This document shows, one piece after another, positions 20,731-31,962 of a DNA stretch of 32,636 bases. The stretch lies in contig NC_068990.1 in the NCBI RefSeq assembly GCF_001194135.2, positions 1,664,649-1,697,284 on the forward strand, given 5' to 3'. The translations under genes were made by a program, and so were the position numbers. Numbering within the stretch: the first letter of the stretch is position 1; every line of letters starts with the position of its first letter. A model generated the notes under the pieces. The model was not told the origin of the DNA, did not search any database, and worked only from the letters and a program-made list of their open reading frames with translations. Source of the stretch: Octopus bimaculoides. Lineage: Eukaryota.

Positions 20731-20878
20731 CTTCTCACGGACGTGCTGTCACATCGGCTGCGAAGGTAAACGTTTATTTGACCATTTACTGTCCACATTT
20801 TGTTGGAATTTTTAAATAATTTTGTTGCGAAGCACCTAGGCTTCATTTGTGTGTATTTTCAAGGGCAGGAATTGACCC

Positions 20879-21200
20879 NNNNNNNNNNNNNNNNNNNNNN
20901 NNNNNNNNNNNNNNNNNNNNNNNNNNNNNNNNNNNNNNNNNNNNNNNNNNNNNNNNNNNNNNNNNNNNNNNNNNNNNNNNNNNNNNNNNNNNNNNNNNNN
21001 NNNNNNNNNNNNNNNNNNNNNNNNNNNNNNNNNNNNNNNNNNNNNNNNNNNNNNNNNNNNNNNNNNNNNNNNNNNNNNNNNNNNNNNNNNNNNNNNNNNN
21101 NNNNNNNNNNNNNNNNNNNNNNNNNNNNNNNNNNNNNNNNNNNNNNNNNNNNNNNNNNNNNNNNNNNNNNNNNNNNNNNNNNNNNNNNNNNNNNNNNNNN
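20879..21200. other. assembly gap (N)
   Basis: 322 N characters followed by (TA)n. Confidence 0.99.
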
Positions 21201-21237
21201 TATATATATATATATATACATACATATATACATACAT

Positions 21238-21280
<43 letters not shown>

Positions 21281-21384
21281 TGTGTTTGTATGTGTATTTA
21301 TATATTTATAGGCATCAAGCTGTAAAAATTCAGCTAAAACAGTCATAGAAGTCTGGTGCTCTGTTGCAAGATTAATTCATTTTA

Positions 21385-21505
21385 AACAGCTGAGGGGACT
21401 GGGGCCATGTAAATTGAAGAGTTTTTCTCAGGAACACAACGCATTGGCCTGTCCAGGAATTGAAACTACAATCTTATAGTCATGAGCACAACACCCAACT
21501 TACTG
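21385..21505 (-). mobile_element. SINE family D/E, 5' fragment
   Basis: CTCAGGAACACAACGCATTG...CCAGGAATTGAAACTACAATCTTA...TCATGAG, as in 9760-9810. Confidence 0.65.
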
Positions 21506-21591
21506 ATCCACACACCTCCAGGCACACACATACATATATGCAGACATGCATGAGCGCAGGTGTAAATTTGTTCATGCTTTGGTGTGTGTAC

Positions 21592-21633
<42 letters not shown>

Positions 21634-22294
21634 AAATACACGCACACACATACACATGTATGTATATGTATTTATTTATATGTGCATGTCTGCGTGTAAC
21701 CATGCATGTGTCTTTGCATTTGGAAATATGTAATTATGTGTATGTATATACAGTGTATGTGTGTGTGTACATGCATCCATGGACTCATGGTTGCATGTAT
21801 GTGTATACTGAGGTACGTCTGCATAATGTGTGCAAATTGATGATACACTTATGCATAGGTATCTAAACACCTTTGCAACCTTGTAATATTTGCACGTATC
21901 TTCAAGTGTTTGCCATTTCTATCTTTGGCTATTTAAGATCATCTGAATTCTTGTATAAAATTACACGCGCAATGTCAGAAAACAGTTTATCTACTCTGCT
22001 AGCATAAGGGGAAAACCAAAAAGAATGAACAAAACAAAAAAGTGCGAAAATTATCTCTGCAACAGATATTTACCGAAGATTATTCAGAGCTTCCTTCTAG
22101 GTGGTTTCCATCCTGGTGATGATAGCTGTTGCACATGTTATGTTATACTAATGTAATATAAACTATGTCATTCCCAAGAGAAGACATGCAAGAGAATTCA
22201 GAGCACGTATTCATAAATGTATGCATGAAAACGGTGTAGAAATACATACGTCTTATAGAGATTTACAAACCTGAAGACTCTTGGCATGCAAAGC

Positions 22295-22339
22295 ACACAC
22301 ACACACATATATATAAATAAATATATATGTGTGTGTGTG

Positions 22340-22377
<38 letters not shown>

Positions 22378-22432
22378 TATATATGTGTGTGCATGTATAT
22401 ATATAAATGTATTTGTGTGCATATATATATAC

Positions 22433-22471
<39 letters not shown>

Positions 22472-22555
22472 TATATATGTGTGTGCATGTATATATATAA
22501 ATGTATTTGTGTGCATATATATATACATATATATATGGGTGTATGTGTGTGTGTA
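22295..22555. repeat. (CA)/(TG)/(TA) compound repeat with a duplicated ~90-bp block
   Basis: ATATATGTGTGTGCATGTATATATATAAATGTATTTGTGTGCATATATATATACATATAT occurs twice. Confidence 0.85.
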
Positions 22556-22781
22556 ATCACTAAATGCTGTTATAATGAAAAACGCAACAGTGTCACGACA
22601 GAAGTAATATACCACCTGACTAAATCCTTGACATTATTGACATCGGTGGAAACATAGTTGTCTGGTTTAGAAGTTCAATTTGTGGTCATTGGTTCAGTGT
22701 TTTGTTGGGTCTAATCCTACAGCACATTTTGACTAGTGTGCTAACAATTGCGACAGCTTGAATAATGATAATAATAATAAT

Positions 22782-22997
22782 AATCCTTTCTACTATAGGC
22801 GCAAAGCCTGAAAGTTTTGAGGAGGGGACTAGTCGATTACATCAACCCCAGTGTTTCACTGGTACTTAATTTATCAACTCCGAAATGATGAAAGATAAAG
22901 TCGACCTCAGCAGAATTTTGAACTCAGAATGTAGTGGCAGGTGAAATACTTCTAAGCATTTCACCCAGCATGCTAACAACTCTGCCAGGTTGCCACT

Positions 22998-22999
<2 letters not shown>
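22782..22999 (-). mobile_element. SINE family A, full length, tail type X
   Basis: AATCCTTTCTACTATAGGCGCAAAGCCTGAAA...AGAATTTTGAACTCAGAA...CTCTGCCAGGTTGCCACTT. Confidence 0.9.
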
Positions 23000-23044
<45 letters not shown>

Positions 23045-23054
23045 CTTATTAATA

Positions 23055-23261
23055 ATGGTTTCAAATTTTGCCTCAAGGACAGCAATTTTAGGGAAGGGGA
23101 TGAGTCAATTACATCGATCCCAGTGTTTAATTGATATTTATTTTATCGACCCTGAAGGGTTGAAAGCAAAGTCGACTGCGGCGGAATTTGAACTCAGAAT
23201 GTAGCAACAGGCAAAATACTGCTAAGCATTTTGTCCAGCATGCTAGCAGTTCTGCCAGCTT
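23055..23261 (-). mobile_element. SINE family A, tail type Y
   Basis: ATGGTTTCAAATTTTGCCTCAAGGACAGCAATTT...GGAATTTGAACTCAGAA...TTCTGCCAGCTT. Confidence 0.9.
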
Positions 23262-24445
23262 AATAATACTAGTAATAATAATAGTGGCAACAACGACTAT
23301 AACTACAATGACAACAACAATGATATAATAAGTACACAATCATATTTGCATATCTTAAATTCCAGTATGTAGGTAGATATGAGGAGTCTCATAGAGTGCA
23401 ATTGTTAAAACTTCCAAGAATAATCACTTTTACATTCTCATGACCAATTATTTGAAATGTCGGAAATGGTGTACTTTTTTAATTTTATTTAATTTTATTT
23501 GATTTTATTTTTGATTTTTGTCTAAGTTCTGTGTTCATTCTGTCAAATTGTTTATGTGAAAGTTTTGTGTTTCTTAGTATGTTATAGATTATTTTTGAAA
23601 ATGTTTTTAGACTAAAATATAGATCACACAAGTTGTTTGTAATCAGATACATTTGTACGTTGTTGCCTTCTTGCAATATTTGTTTAATTTACAATTGATC
23701 ACATGAATATTTGTCAGTAGATTAAAACTAAAGAACCACAAGCAAGAATGGCAGCTGATCACTTTCCATAGAACCAAATAAACAAACAAATAAATAGATA
23801 AACAAATAAATAAATAAAGGAATAAATAAAAACAAACATTGCTGTAGAAACAACAAAGGTGATTAATGTAAACTCTTGTCAAAAATCAAGAAAACAGGCC
23901 TGATTATTTTACATCAATGGGATTCCATCCTTGCTTAGTTTCTCATACATCAAAGTATGGAAACAAATAAGGACACAAAATGAAAATGAACATCAACAAA
24001 ACCATGTTAGAATTAATATAGCTTTGACTTTTAATAAGATCAAACATCTTCACTTTTCCTCCTATCTTCTCTCATTCTTCATTGAGCATCATTTCTACAG
24101 TGAATTGTTTGATTGCTTTTACTCCTGGTATACTGTCATGCTTTGCATTTGGCTTCTTGCAGAATTGACTTTAACAAATGAATTACTTCTATTTCATCAT
24201 TGTCACTCATGTCATTGTTGTCCCCATACTTCTCTTTGTCATCATAATTGTCATTGATGTTTTCATCATCATCGTTATCATTGTCATCATTGCTGTTGTT
24301 CTCAACATGATCACAATGACAATCCCAACCATCATCAGTTTATATTCACTTCACATGCTGGCATGTTTTGGATGGGTCATTATGGCTCAAGTCAATTCTT
24401 ATATAGAGGTGAAAGAACTGCATTCCTAGCCAAGTCAGGGAACTA

Positions 24446-24732
24446 TGTCTCATTTTTGTCATGCATTGTGTCTCATTTACCTGCCACATTTTTATCATGC
24501 TTTCTGTCCCATTTGCATGCCTCATTTTTGTCATGGTTTGTGTCTCATTTGCATGTCATATCTTTATCATGGTTAGTGTTTCATTTGCTTGTCTCATTTT
24601 TGTCATGCTTTCTATCTCATTTGCATGTCTCATTTTTTATCATGGCTTCTGTCTCATTTTAATCGTGCTTTCTGTCCCATTTGCATGTTTCCTTTTATCA
24701 TGGCTTGTGTCTCATTTACATGCATCCTTTTT
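24446..24732. repeat. 36-bp minisatellite, about 7.5 copies
   Basis: Consensus TGTCTCATTTTTRTCATGSTTTSTGTCTCATTTGCA; unit starts 24446, 24482, 24518, 24554, 24590, 24626 (partial), 24650, 24686. Confidence 0.9.
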
Positions 24733-24974
24733 ACCTTGGTTTCTATAACAGAAAACCTTAGGGCTGAATGAAAGCATAAGAAAAAATACAAAAACCTCAA
24801 CGCTATCATTGAATCTATGCATTACTAATATGGCCTTCCTGCAAGAACAGCTCATAGTATTTTTTGTATTTCTTTCTTTAATTATGCATGTCATTCTAAC
24901 TTTTCATCATCTAACACAAGATCACCTCCTCTAATTCCACCCCCTCTCAAAAATTCCTTGTCTTACAAGTTGCT

Positions 24975-25041
24975 TGGTTATCCTGCCAGTGCTGGTGCCA
25001 TGTAAAAAGCATCCAGTCCCCACTGTAAAGTGGTTGACATT
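24975..25041 (+). mobile_element. RTE 3' UTR fragment
   Basis: GCCAGTGCTGGTGCCATGTAAAAAGCATCCAG...CTGTAAAGTGGTTG. Confidence 0.5.
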
Positions 25042-25046
25042 TGAGA

Positions 25047-25159
25047 GCATGAAAGGCAAAGTCAACCTTGATGGAATTTGAACTCAGAACACAAGGACAG
25101 AAGAAATGCTGTTTAGCATTTTGCCTGGCATGCTAACGATTCTGCCAGCTCACCACCTT
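25047..25159 (-). mobile_element. SINE family A, 5' half
   Basis: ATGAAAGGCAAAGTCAACC...GGAATTTGAACTCAGAAC...GATTCTGCCAGCTCACCACCTT. Confidence 0.85.
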
Positions 25160-25256
25160 AATTATAATTTTTCACATATTAATAAGAGTAAGAGCAGAGA
25201 TTCCTAGCACATCATTGCAAAATGCTTCTTGGTTGTAGCCAACAGGCTCAGCTTAA

Positions 25257-25476
25257 CCCTTTTGTTACTGTATTTATTTTGAGATGCTCCGTGTTTCTTT
25301 CAATTACTTTAAATATAACAAAGAATTTAGTAAAATAATTTAGTTATCATTCAGCTAGTGTTAGGAACATAAACTGTAACTAAGGTTTGGTGGAAGATTT
25401 TAATTCAAAACTTATGAAAACAAGACATTTGTACTCAGAGCCAGAGCTGGTTTCAGCGGGGTTGGTAATGAAAGGG
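25257..25476. mobile_element. piggyBac-like MITE, 220 bp
   Basis: TTAA|CCCTTTTGTTAC ... GTAATGAAAGGG|TTAA: intact TTAA duplication, CCC/GGG ends, 11/13 TIR. Confidence 0.85.
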
Positions 25477-25859
25477 TTAAAATATCAACATTATAAAATA
25501 GAAAGTTTTATGTAATGGAATCAGCAGAAGCCGTCTCAAGTGGATTGATATCAAAAGGATTAAACATATTTTCAGCTGAATCACGATTAATACTCATAAA
25601 GTTTTAAAATCTAATTTAATTCAATTGAAATTAAATTTAGAGAACAATTATTTGTCAGTTTCATAAAATTGTACAACTCAATTCAAATTTTCATATTTAA
25701 AACAAACATATTAATTGAACTATCATGTTTGGGAAAACTCTCAAATCAATTTATTAATTTAATGTAATTATATCTTTATAAGTACAGTTGTTTATTAGCT
25801 TATTAGTGGAGTTGTTAGCATGTTGGATAAAATCTGCTTTGTGCCTATATGTTTATCAA

Positions 25860-26065
25860 GCTGGAGCTTCTCTAGATTTTCAGGATGAGGGTACAGGATA
25901 CCAATCTGTGACAGGGTTGATCTCCAGGGGCAACTGATCCTCCTATTCATCCTTGAGTGTACTGGAGGGATGTGTAGTGGAGTTCCTTGCCCAAGGACAC
26001 AGTGCATTATCTAGTCCAAGGGAGGGAACTATGAATTATCGATTGTGAGCTCAACATCTTCCTAA
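25860..26065 (-). mobile_element. old SINE family D/E-like copy
   Basis: CCTTGCCCAAGGACACAGTGC domain and GAGTGTACTGGAG resemble 9715-9765. Confidence 0.5.
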
Positions 26066-26080
26066 ACATGCATCTTCGTA

Positions 26081-26232
26081 CTGGATAAAATGCTTTGTGG
26101 TATTTTCTCTGGTTTTCTACTTTCTGAGTTCAAATTCTGCCAAGGTCAGTCTGCCTTCTATCCTATTGGAATTGATAAATTTAAATATAATTTCTATTGC
26201 TAAAATAATGGTCTCTGTCCCTCAGAGCTTGT
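26081..26232 (+). mobile_element. SINE family A (degraded)
   Basis: AAAATGCTT...TTCTGAGTTCAAATTCTGCCAAGGTCAGTCTGCCTT. Confidence 0.6.
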
Positions 26233-26428
26233 TAGTCTTGTATTTCCATCACTCAGGCATCCCTGCCTCACTTGTCTTTCCACCTTTCATCACTGCAATG
26301 TAGACTGCAATGATAAACACCAATTCTGACCACATTGTTGCAATAGAAATACTTACGATACAGCTAACACGGTAACAAAGTTGGTAAATAGAGTCGGGAC
26401 TACCTTATGTACAAATAGATATGATAAA

Positions 26429-26830
26429 TGCTCATGCAGAGAAAAATCAAAGTGTCCTTTGATGAATCTCTGTATGAGTACAAATCTTGTATATAAATGT
26501 ACTGTGCTCACAAGGAGAAGGCCATATGTTTACAATGGGCAGTTGGCTGATTCATTTAAGAATTGTTATCGTAACCATGTCACCAGCTTTAAGACAGTCA
26601 ATAAGAGACATCCAACAACTTTGGCCGATTTTGTATGGTGACTGAAAGAGGATAAAAGTACAGCATAATTTGGTCCATAGTAAGGCATGCGAAACCATAT
26701 AATATAATTTCCAGGATATGCCATCTCTTCTCCTAAGAATTCCTGTCTATTCTGTGGACTAACAAGGAGACCATTAATAGAATTTCTGAAAGACTCTTGA
26801 GATGCCTGCATGCATATAGATATAGTTTCA
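26429..26830 (+). pseudogene. decayed Penelope-like GIY-YIG endonuclease
   Basis: CSCREKSKCPLMNLCMSTNLVYKCTV..YVYNGQLADSFKNCYRNHVTSFK..TTLADFVW*LKED, then +1 frame YSIIWSIVRHAKPYNIISRICHLFS*EF...INR...RCLH. Matches the Penelope CxC..CPL...C...VY...YIG...FKxRY.NH..SF...W.LK...W....KPY...C.LC..E...N...CRH pattern. Confidence 0.85.
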
Positions 26831-27499
26831 CACAATGCAGTGGGAATGAATTTTGAGTAACCATTAACATAATTTAATTTACTTTAAGGTACGAATAACT
26901 TACGATGACTTTTAACCACCCTATTCTTACAAACATCAAGTAGATAATTAACTTGCTTCGTGATCATGAGTGCACCAAACCTCACATGTGTGTATGCTCA
27001 CATTTACGTGAATGCTTGTATGAGCGAGTGTACTCGCACTATGCAGCTTGCCCAAAGGTGTTTATACGTCCATATTTGTTAATGGTTATTTTCAATATTT
27101 TCCTCACTGTATTGCATGGTCAGTTCTCTTTTTTTCCCCATCTGTGATTTTATTTTTGATCTTCTATATAAATGAAGATATTTTCTCCATCTAGCTGTTT
27201 TTCTTTCTACAAAACAAAACGCTACATTGCAGAACTGTTATTTTAATGAGTTGTATCCATTTATCATCAGACGAGATACATCAACTGCCAGATGCTCCTG
27301 AACAAGTTGTTGAGTGTCCCACCCAAAAGGAATCGATGCTAGATGTGTCGAAACAATTGTCATGATTAATAAATTCTCATATATTCCATCTTCAGTCTTT
27401 CATTTCCCATATATATATATATGTGGGTGTGCGTGTGTGTGTGGATGTGAGTGTGTGCATTTAAGTGAGTGTGTGTGATTTTGTTTGCATTTATTTCCA

Positions 27500-27653
27500 T
27501 TATTGCTTGACAACCAGTGTAAGTTCGTTTATGACCCTTCCCCCTGTTAAAACTTAGCAGTTTAGCAAAAGAAATTGTGTGAATAAGTACTAGACTTTAT
27601 AAAAAGAAGAAAAGTACCTGGGTTGATTTGTTTGGTGAAACCCTTCACTAAGG
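27500..27653 (+). mobile_element. SINE family B, 3' part
   Basis: GCTTGACAACCAGTG...AACTTAGCAGTTTAGCAAAAG...GAATAAGTACTAG...CTGGGTTGATTTGTTTG. Confidence 0.7.
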
Positions 27654-27691
27654 TGTCTGCCTGTGTGTGTTTGTGTGTTTGTGTGTATGCT

Positions 27692-28048
27692 GACGTGTGA
27701 TAAGGTGGTGAAATATGATCTTCAGTTGTTGAGTCTTACGGAGATGATGACAAGTCACAGACATTTGGCAATTTGCAGTGTTTGAGAAGACATGTCAAGC
27801 TGAGTGAAGTTGTAGTCATGGCTAGTGCGGGTGACATGTAAGAGGCACCTGTGCCAATGACATGTTAAAGGCACCTGAGCTGGTAACACATATTAGGCAC
27901 CCGGTACACTCTAGAATGGTTGGTGTTAGAAGCCAAGCCAAAACAGGCTGGAGTCTAGTGCATTTCTCTGGCTAACCAGTTCCAGCCAAACTGTCTAAAC
28001 CACACCAGCATGAAAAACAGACACCAAATGAAGATGATGATGATGATG
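27692..28048 (+). mobile_element. 5'-truncated RTE LINE, second subfamily, with 26-bp tandem repeats
   Basis: Reads DKVVKYDLQLLSLTEMMTSHRH-WQFAVFEKTCQAE*; three 26-bp units at 27825-27902; ends CCAGCATGAAAAACAGACACCAAAT...(GAT)n. Confidence 0.8.
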
Positions 28049-28774
28049 TATGAATGTGTGTGCGTATGTATGTATATATGTATATATGCATGTATGTATG
28101 AATGTGCATATGAATGTATGTATGTATGTTTGTATATCATTTTGCCAATGTATGAAAATTCCTTGTCACTCTTGTCATCTGCAAAAGCAGTAAAGTTGTG
28201 ATTGTCTTATTAGGAACTTGCAAACAAGAGCTCTAATAATATTCACTGATCACAACATAAAATATATAAATCAAATAAATAAACACATAAATATAATAAA
28301 GCACATCGTTATGCAGTCACATAATATAATTCGATACCCAAAGGTGTTTTGTATGCAACAGTTTCAGAGACATGGACGTCAATTCATGGCAAGCAAATTT
28401 TTTGCCACTCAAACGATTTTTGTTTGAAATAGATTTCTGAGTAAATTACGCTGTTTCGGTGTAATTACGTTGCATTACATTGGACCACAAATAATTTTGT
28501 TCATTTATCTATTTATTCATTTTATTTTATTTACATTCCGTTTTTTTTTTTTTCTTTTGTTAGAATCCTTAGAGTAAGACCTTCAAGAGGACTCATTACA
28601 AAAGGACACCAAATCTTTATTCTGAGGTTCTCTCCACAAGAAATTAAGAAATATCATGAAGAGATAAAAATGTGCTTCAATAATTGTCCGAAATTTTATC
28701 GGGTACGTTTCCAGTTCATTCTCTGCAATCACTTTCACATGAAAGCCTTCAAATCACTTCTAAATTTGTGTGTT

Positions 28775-28988
28775 TGTTGTTGTTGTTGTTGTTGTTTGAC
28801 CTTGGGTTAGCTCTGATTCTGCAGACTTATGATCAAAGATGTTCAAACCATGATGATGCTGTCTTTTTTTTTTTTTTCAGGCAGATTATTCCCTGAGCTA
28901 CATTTTTTAATGTGGCGTTCTTTCATTTTCAAGGTAGTAACGATATAGTTTGAGGAGATTTGGTTGCTATTTCTAGCAAGTAGTACTA
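28775..28988 (-). mobile_element. SINE-like family F
   Basis: (GTT)n, GACTTATGATCAAAGATG, GGAGATTTGGTTGCTATTTCTAGCAAG. Confidence 0.7.
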
Positions 28989-29043
28989 TGAATAAAATGC
29001 TTTCTCATTGATTTCAACCAGTAAACTGTTGAAAGATTTTCAT

Positions 29044-29130
29044 TGTTGTTGCTGTTGTTTAACTCTCAAGTCAGCCTTGATCAAGAAATCCATGATTAAA
29101 GGCTTTCCAGCCATGACCAGCATGTCTGTT
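29044..29130 (-). mobile_element. family F 3' fragment
   Basis: GTTGTTTAAC...GTCAGCC...ATGATTAAAGGCTTTCCAGCCATGACC. Confidence 0.6.
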
Positions 29131-29487
29131 TGCATACATTCGTCCGTCCATCCATCCATCCATTCATCCATCCATTCATCCATCCATCCATACTACAGAT
29201 CCAATCCATCACTGGAACTGTAAAAATCTGTAAAACTTTCGAGAAGTTTAGCATTTAAGTATATATGAGCATGTCTAGACATGGGACTATATGCATGAGC
29301 ATACATACATAAAACAAAACAAAAATCTGCACATATACCTACATATATACATACAAAAATACCCTGTTGTTGATGTTGACATTCCAATGAAGGAGGCTTG
29401 AATCTAGGTTAGAAACCGGCTCTTTTTCTATTGACAAAAAATCTTGAAATAAAACTGAACAATGACATATATACATACATATAATTA

Positions 29488-29650
29488 CCAGTGCTTGGCT
29501 GGTTCTTTATTTTATTGACTTTGAAAAGATGACAGGCTAAGTCATTGACCCTTGGTGCAATTTGAACTCAGAACAGAGTGACCCAGAAGACCCAAAAGAC
29601 ATATTGTAAGGCCTTTCAACCTTTCGGGGTTGATTAAATAAGTACCGGTT
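29488..29650. mobile_element. two family A SINE fragments in opposite orientation (minus ~29488-29610, plus ~29611-29650)
   Basis: CAATTTGAACTCAGAAC (minus copy) then GCCTTTCAACCTTTCGGGGTTGATTAAATAAGTACC (plus copy). Confidence 0.6.
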
Positions 29651-29849
29651 GGGTATTTACATAGAGTTGTCTTTGAGGAAAAGAAAAGGCAAATAAATAT
29701 CCAGTATAAAGGAAAAATTGAAGTTCTATTCCAAGAGAATGGTTACCACCTGGGATTAAGCATATTACCCTTCCTGCTAAGATAGAATGTCCACTCATGG
29801 CAGCAATCTGTGATTAACAGAGCTTGCTGAAAGTAGGTTCCTTTGTTAA

Positions 29850-30250
29850 AGCTATATTTGCCATTCACAGCCATCTTTTAGTAAATTTACTGGGTAGCTA
29901 AGGAGCAGTAGCTACTTTAACTTCAGCTCTTTCTAGAATTGAAACTGGAAGATGTTCATGGGGTGTTGGCTGAAGATGAAAATGACTGTTTCCAATCCTT
30001 TCTATCTTGTCTACCAGCTGTCATGCAATCTCATCCTTGGTCTTTAAAGACCTGTAACTCATTCCATATGCCTCATGTCCATGATTGGAATTAATATCAT
30101 TCTTCACATTCATTAGGATATCTTCCAGCTGCTCTCGTGTGGGCATATGGAAACACTCTCTGTTTTTGGTGATCTTGGAGTATGCTATTTTCCTCTTTGC
30201 CCACAACCAAGAAGGCTGTGTTCTTTGTAGCATTTCAATCCTGTGGTTTT
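29850..30250 (-). pseudogene. possible decayed non-LTR reverse transcriptase N-terminal fragment
   Basis: LEDILMNVKNDINSNHGHEAYGMSYRSLKTKDEIA*QLV then DWKQS in another frame; weak likeness to K..APGPDGI.Y..LK...IA..L...P..WK.S. Confidence 0.25.
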
Positions 30251-30433
30251 ATCTGGCATTGAGATATATCTCATTATGTTTTCTCACTAGAAAAACTATC
30301 GAAGTGATAATTCAAAGTTTTACCTATCACCAGTCTTATGTATCAGAGTGCGAATGTTTGCTTATGCAAATGTGCCTCTCTGTATAAGCGTCATTTTCTC
30401 TTTGCAAATCCCTTTGTTTAAAAATCTCTTAAA

Positions 30434-30588
30434 ATTCCATGGGGCAGGGCATAAATGCTGCTACCATCTCTAAGCAGACTGCTCCTACCACTGATGTCAC
30501 ATTTGTAAAAGAGGCATTTTTCTTTATCTACTTATCATTTTTTAAATCTGTTACGATTCCATGGGGCAGGGCATAAATGCTGCTACCA
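30434..30588. repeat. exact 33-bp direct repeat (30434-30466, 30556-30588) within a diverged ~122-bp duplication
   Basis: ATTCCATGGGGCAGGGCATAAATGCTGCTACCA twice. Confidence 0.95.
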
Positions 30589-31012
30589 CTTCCCTAGGAA
30601 TCACCTCTTGCCACTATATCAGTTATTGTCGTATTTACAAATATTGTTTTCAAAAATGTCTGATGATAAAATAATTTTTTGATTCAAAACATGAATCTTT
30701 TCTTTTTCCCTTCATTTAACAAAGGTAAAATAATAAGAAAAATCTTGTTCCCTTTCTACCTAACAGGTCCATATAAACATGACATAACAAAACATCTAAT
30801 TCAGAAAGTAATCTGATATTTTTTTCAGAAATTCATGAGTTCATGAAAGTCATGCATGTCACAGGCAATTCTAATAACAACAAAAACGAAAAAAAAACAG
30901 AAAAAAAAACACAACAGCAACAATAATATTGATTTAGTTTGTTTACCACAAAGATGATGAAAGAAAGTATATTACAAAGACAAATAAAAATGTTAATATT
31001 GATATTAATAAT

Positions 31013-31230
31013 AATCCTTTCTACTATAGGCACAAGGACTGAAATTTGGTAGGAGGGGACTAGTCAGTTACATCGACCCCAGTACTGAACTAGTACTCAT
31101 TTTATCAGCCCTGAAAGGATGAAAGGCAAAGGCGACTTCAAGTGGCATTTGAACTCAGAACATAAAGATGGACAAAATACTGCTAAGTATTTTGCCTGGC
31201 GTGGTAAAGATTCAGCCAGCTCACTGTCTT
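31013..31230 (-). mobile_element. SINE family A, tail type X
   Basis: AATCCTTTCTACTATAGGCACAAGG...TTTGAACTCAGAAC...GCCAGCTCACTGTCTT. Confidence 0.9.
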
Positions 31231-31445
31231 TGGTTTAAAATTTTGCTACATGGACAGCATTTTTGGGGGAGGGGACTAGTCGCTTACATCGACCCCAGTG
31301 CTCAACTGGTACTTATTTTATTGGTCCTGAAAGGATGAAAGATAAAGCTGACCTCAGCCAAATTTGAGCTCAAAATGTAATGATGGTTGAAATACGTTTA
31401 AGTATTTTCTCTGGTGTACTAACGATTCTGCCAGCTAGCCCCCTT
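31231..31445 (-). mobile_element. SINE family A, tail type Y
   Basis: TGGTTTAAAATTTTGC...CAGCATTTT...ACGATTCTGCCAGCTAGCCCCCTT. Confidence 0.9.
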
Positions 31446-31457
31446 ATTAATATTAAT

Positions 31458-31670
31458 AATCTTTTCTACTGGAAGCACAAGGCCTCAAATGTGGGGGAAG
31501 TGATCAAGTCGATTACATCGATCCCAGTGCAAAACTGGTACTTACTAAATCGACCCTGAAAGGATGAAAGGCAAAGTCGACCCCGGCGGAATTAGAACTC
31601 AGAATGTAGTGACAGACAAAATACCACTAAGCATTTTGTCTGGCATGCTAACGATTCTGTTAGTTCACCA
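31458..31670 (-). mobile_element. SINE family A, tail type X
   Basis: AATCTTTTCTACT...CACAAGGCCTCAAAT...GGAATTAGAACTCAGAA...ACGATTCTGTTAGTTCACC. Confidence 0.9.
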
Positions 31671-31671
31671 T

Positions 31672-31962
31672 ATCATCATCATCATCATCATCATCGTTTA
31701 ACTCCATTTCTCATACTGGCTTGGGTTGGACTGTTTGACTGAGGTCTGGAAAGCTAGTGGCTGTGCCAGGCTCCAGACTCATCTGGCAATGATTCTATAG
31801 CCAGATGCTCTTCCTAATGCCAACCACTCCATGCACCACCAGCACAGGAGCCAGTCAGGTGGGCCTGGTATCGATCACGTTCAGATAGTGCTTTTTACAT
31901 GCCACTGGCACAAGAGCCAGTCAGGGGGAACTGGCATCGGCCATGTTTGGATGGTGCTTTTA
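31672..31962 (-). mobile_element. RTE LINE 3' end with about two 66-bp units and (GAT)n tail
   Basis: Reverse-complement homologue of ~17170-17515. Confidence 0.85.

Noticed and set aside
22100-22150. Possible terminal exon CTTCCTTCTAG|GTGGTT... encoding VVSILVMIAVAHVMLY*
   Set aside because: Too short to distinguish from chance.
30659-30700. Hammerhead-like CTGATGA...TCAAAAC
   Set aside because: GAAA and the cleavage triplet are absent and the stems are weak.
64-31670. Apparent switch of SINE A orientation from plus (left) to minus (right)
   Set aside because: Counted as independent clusters it is about 5 versus 5, so not meaningful.
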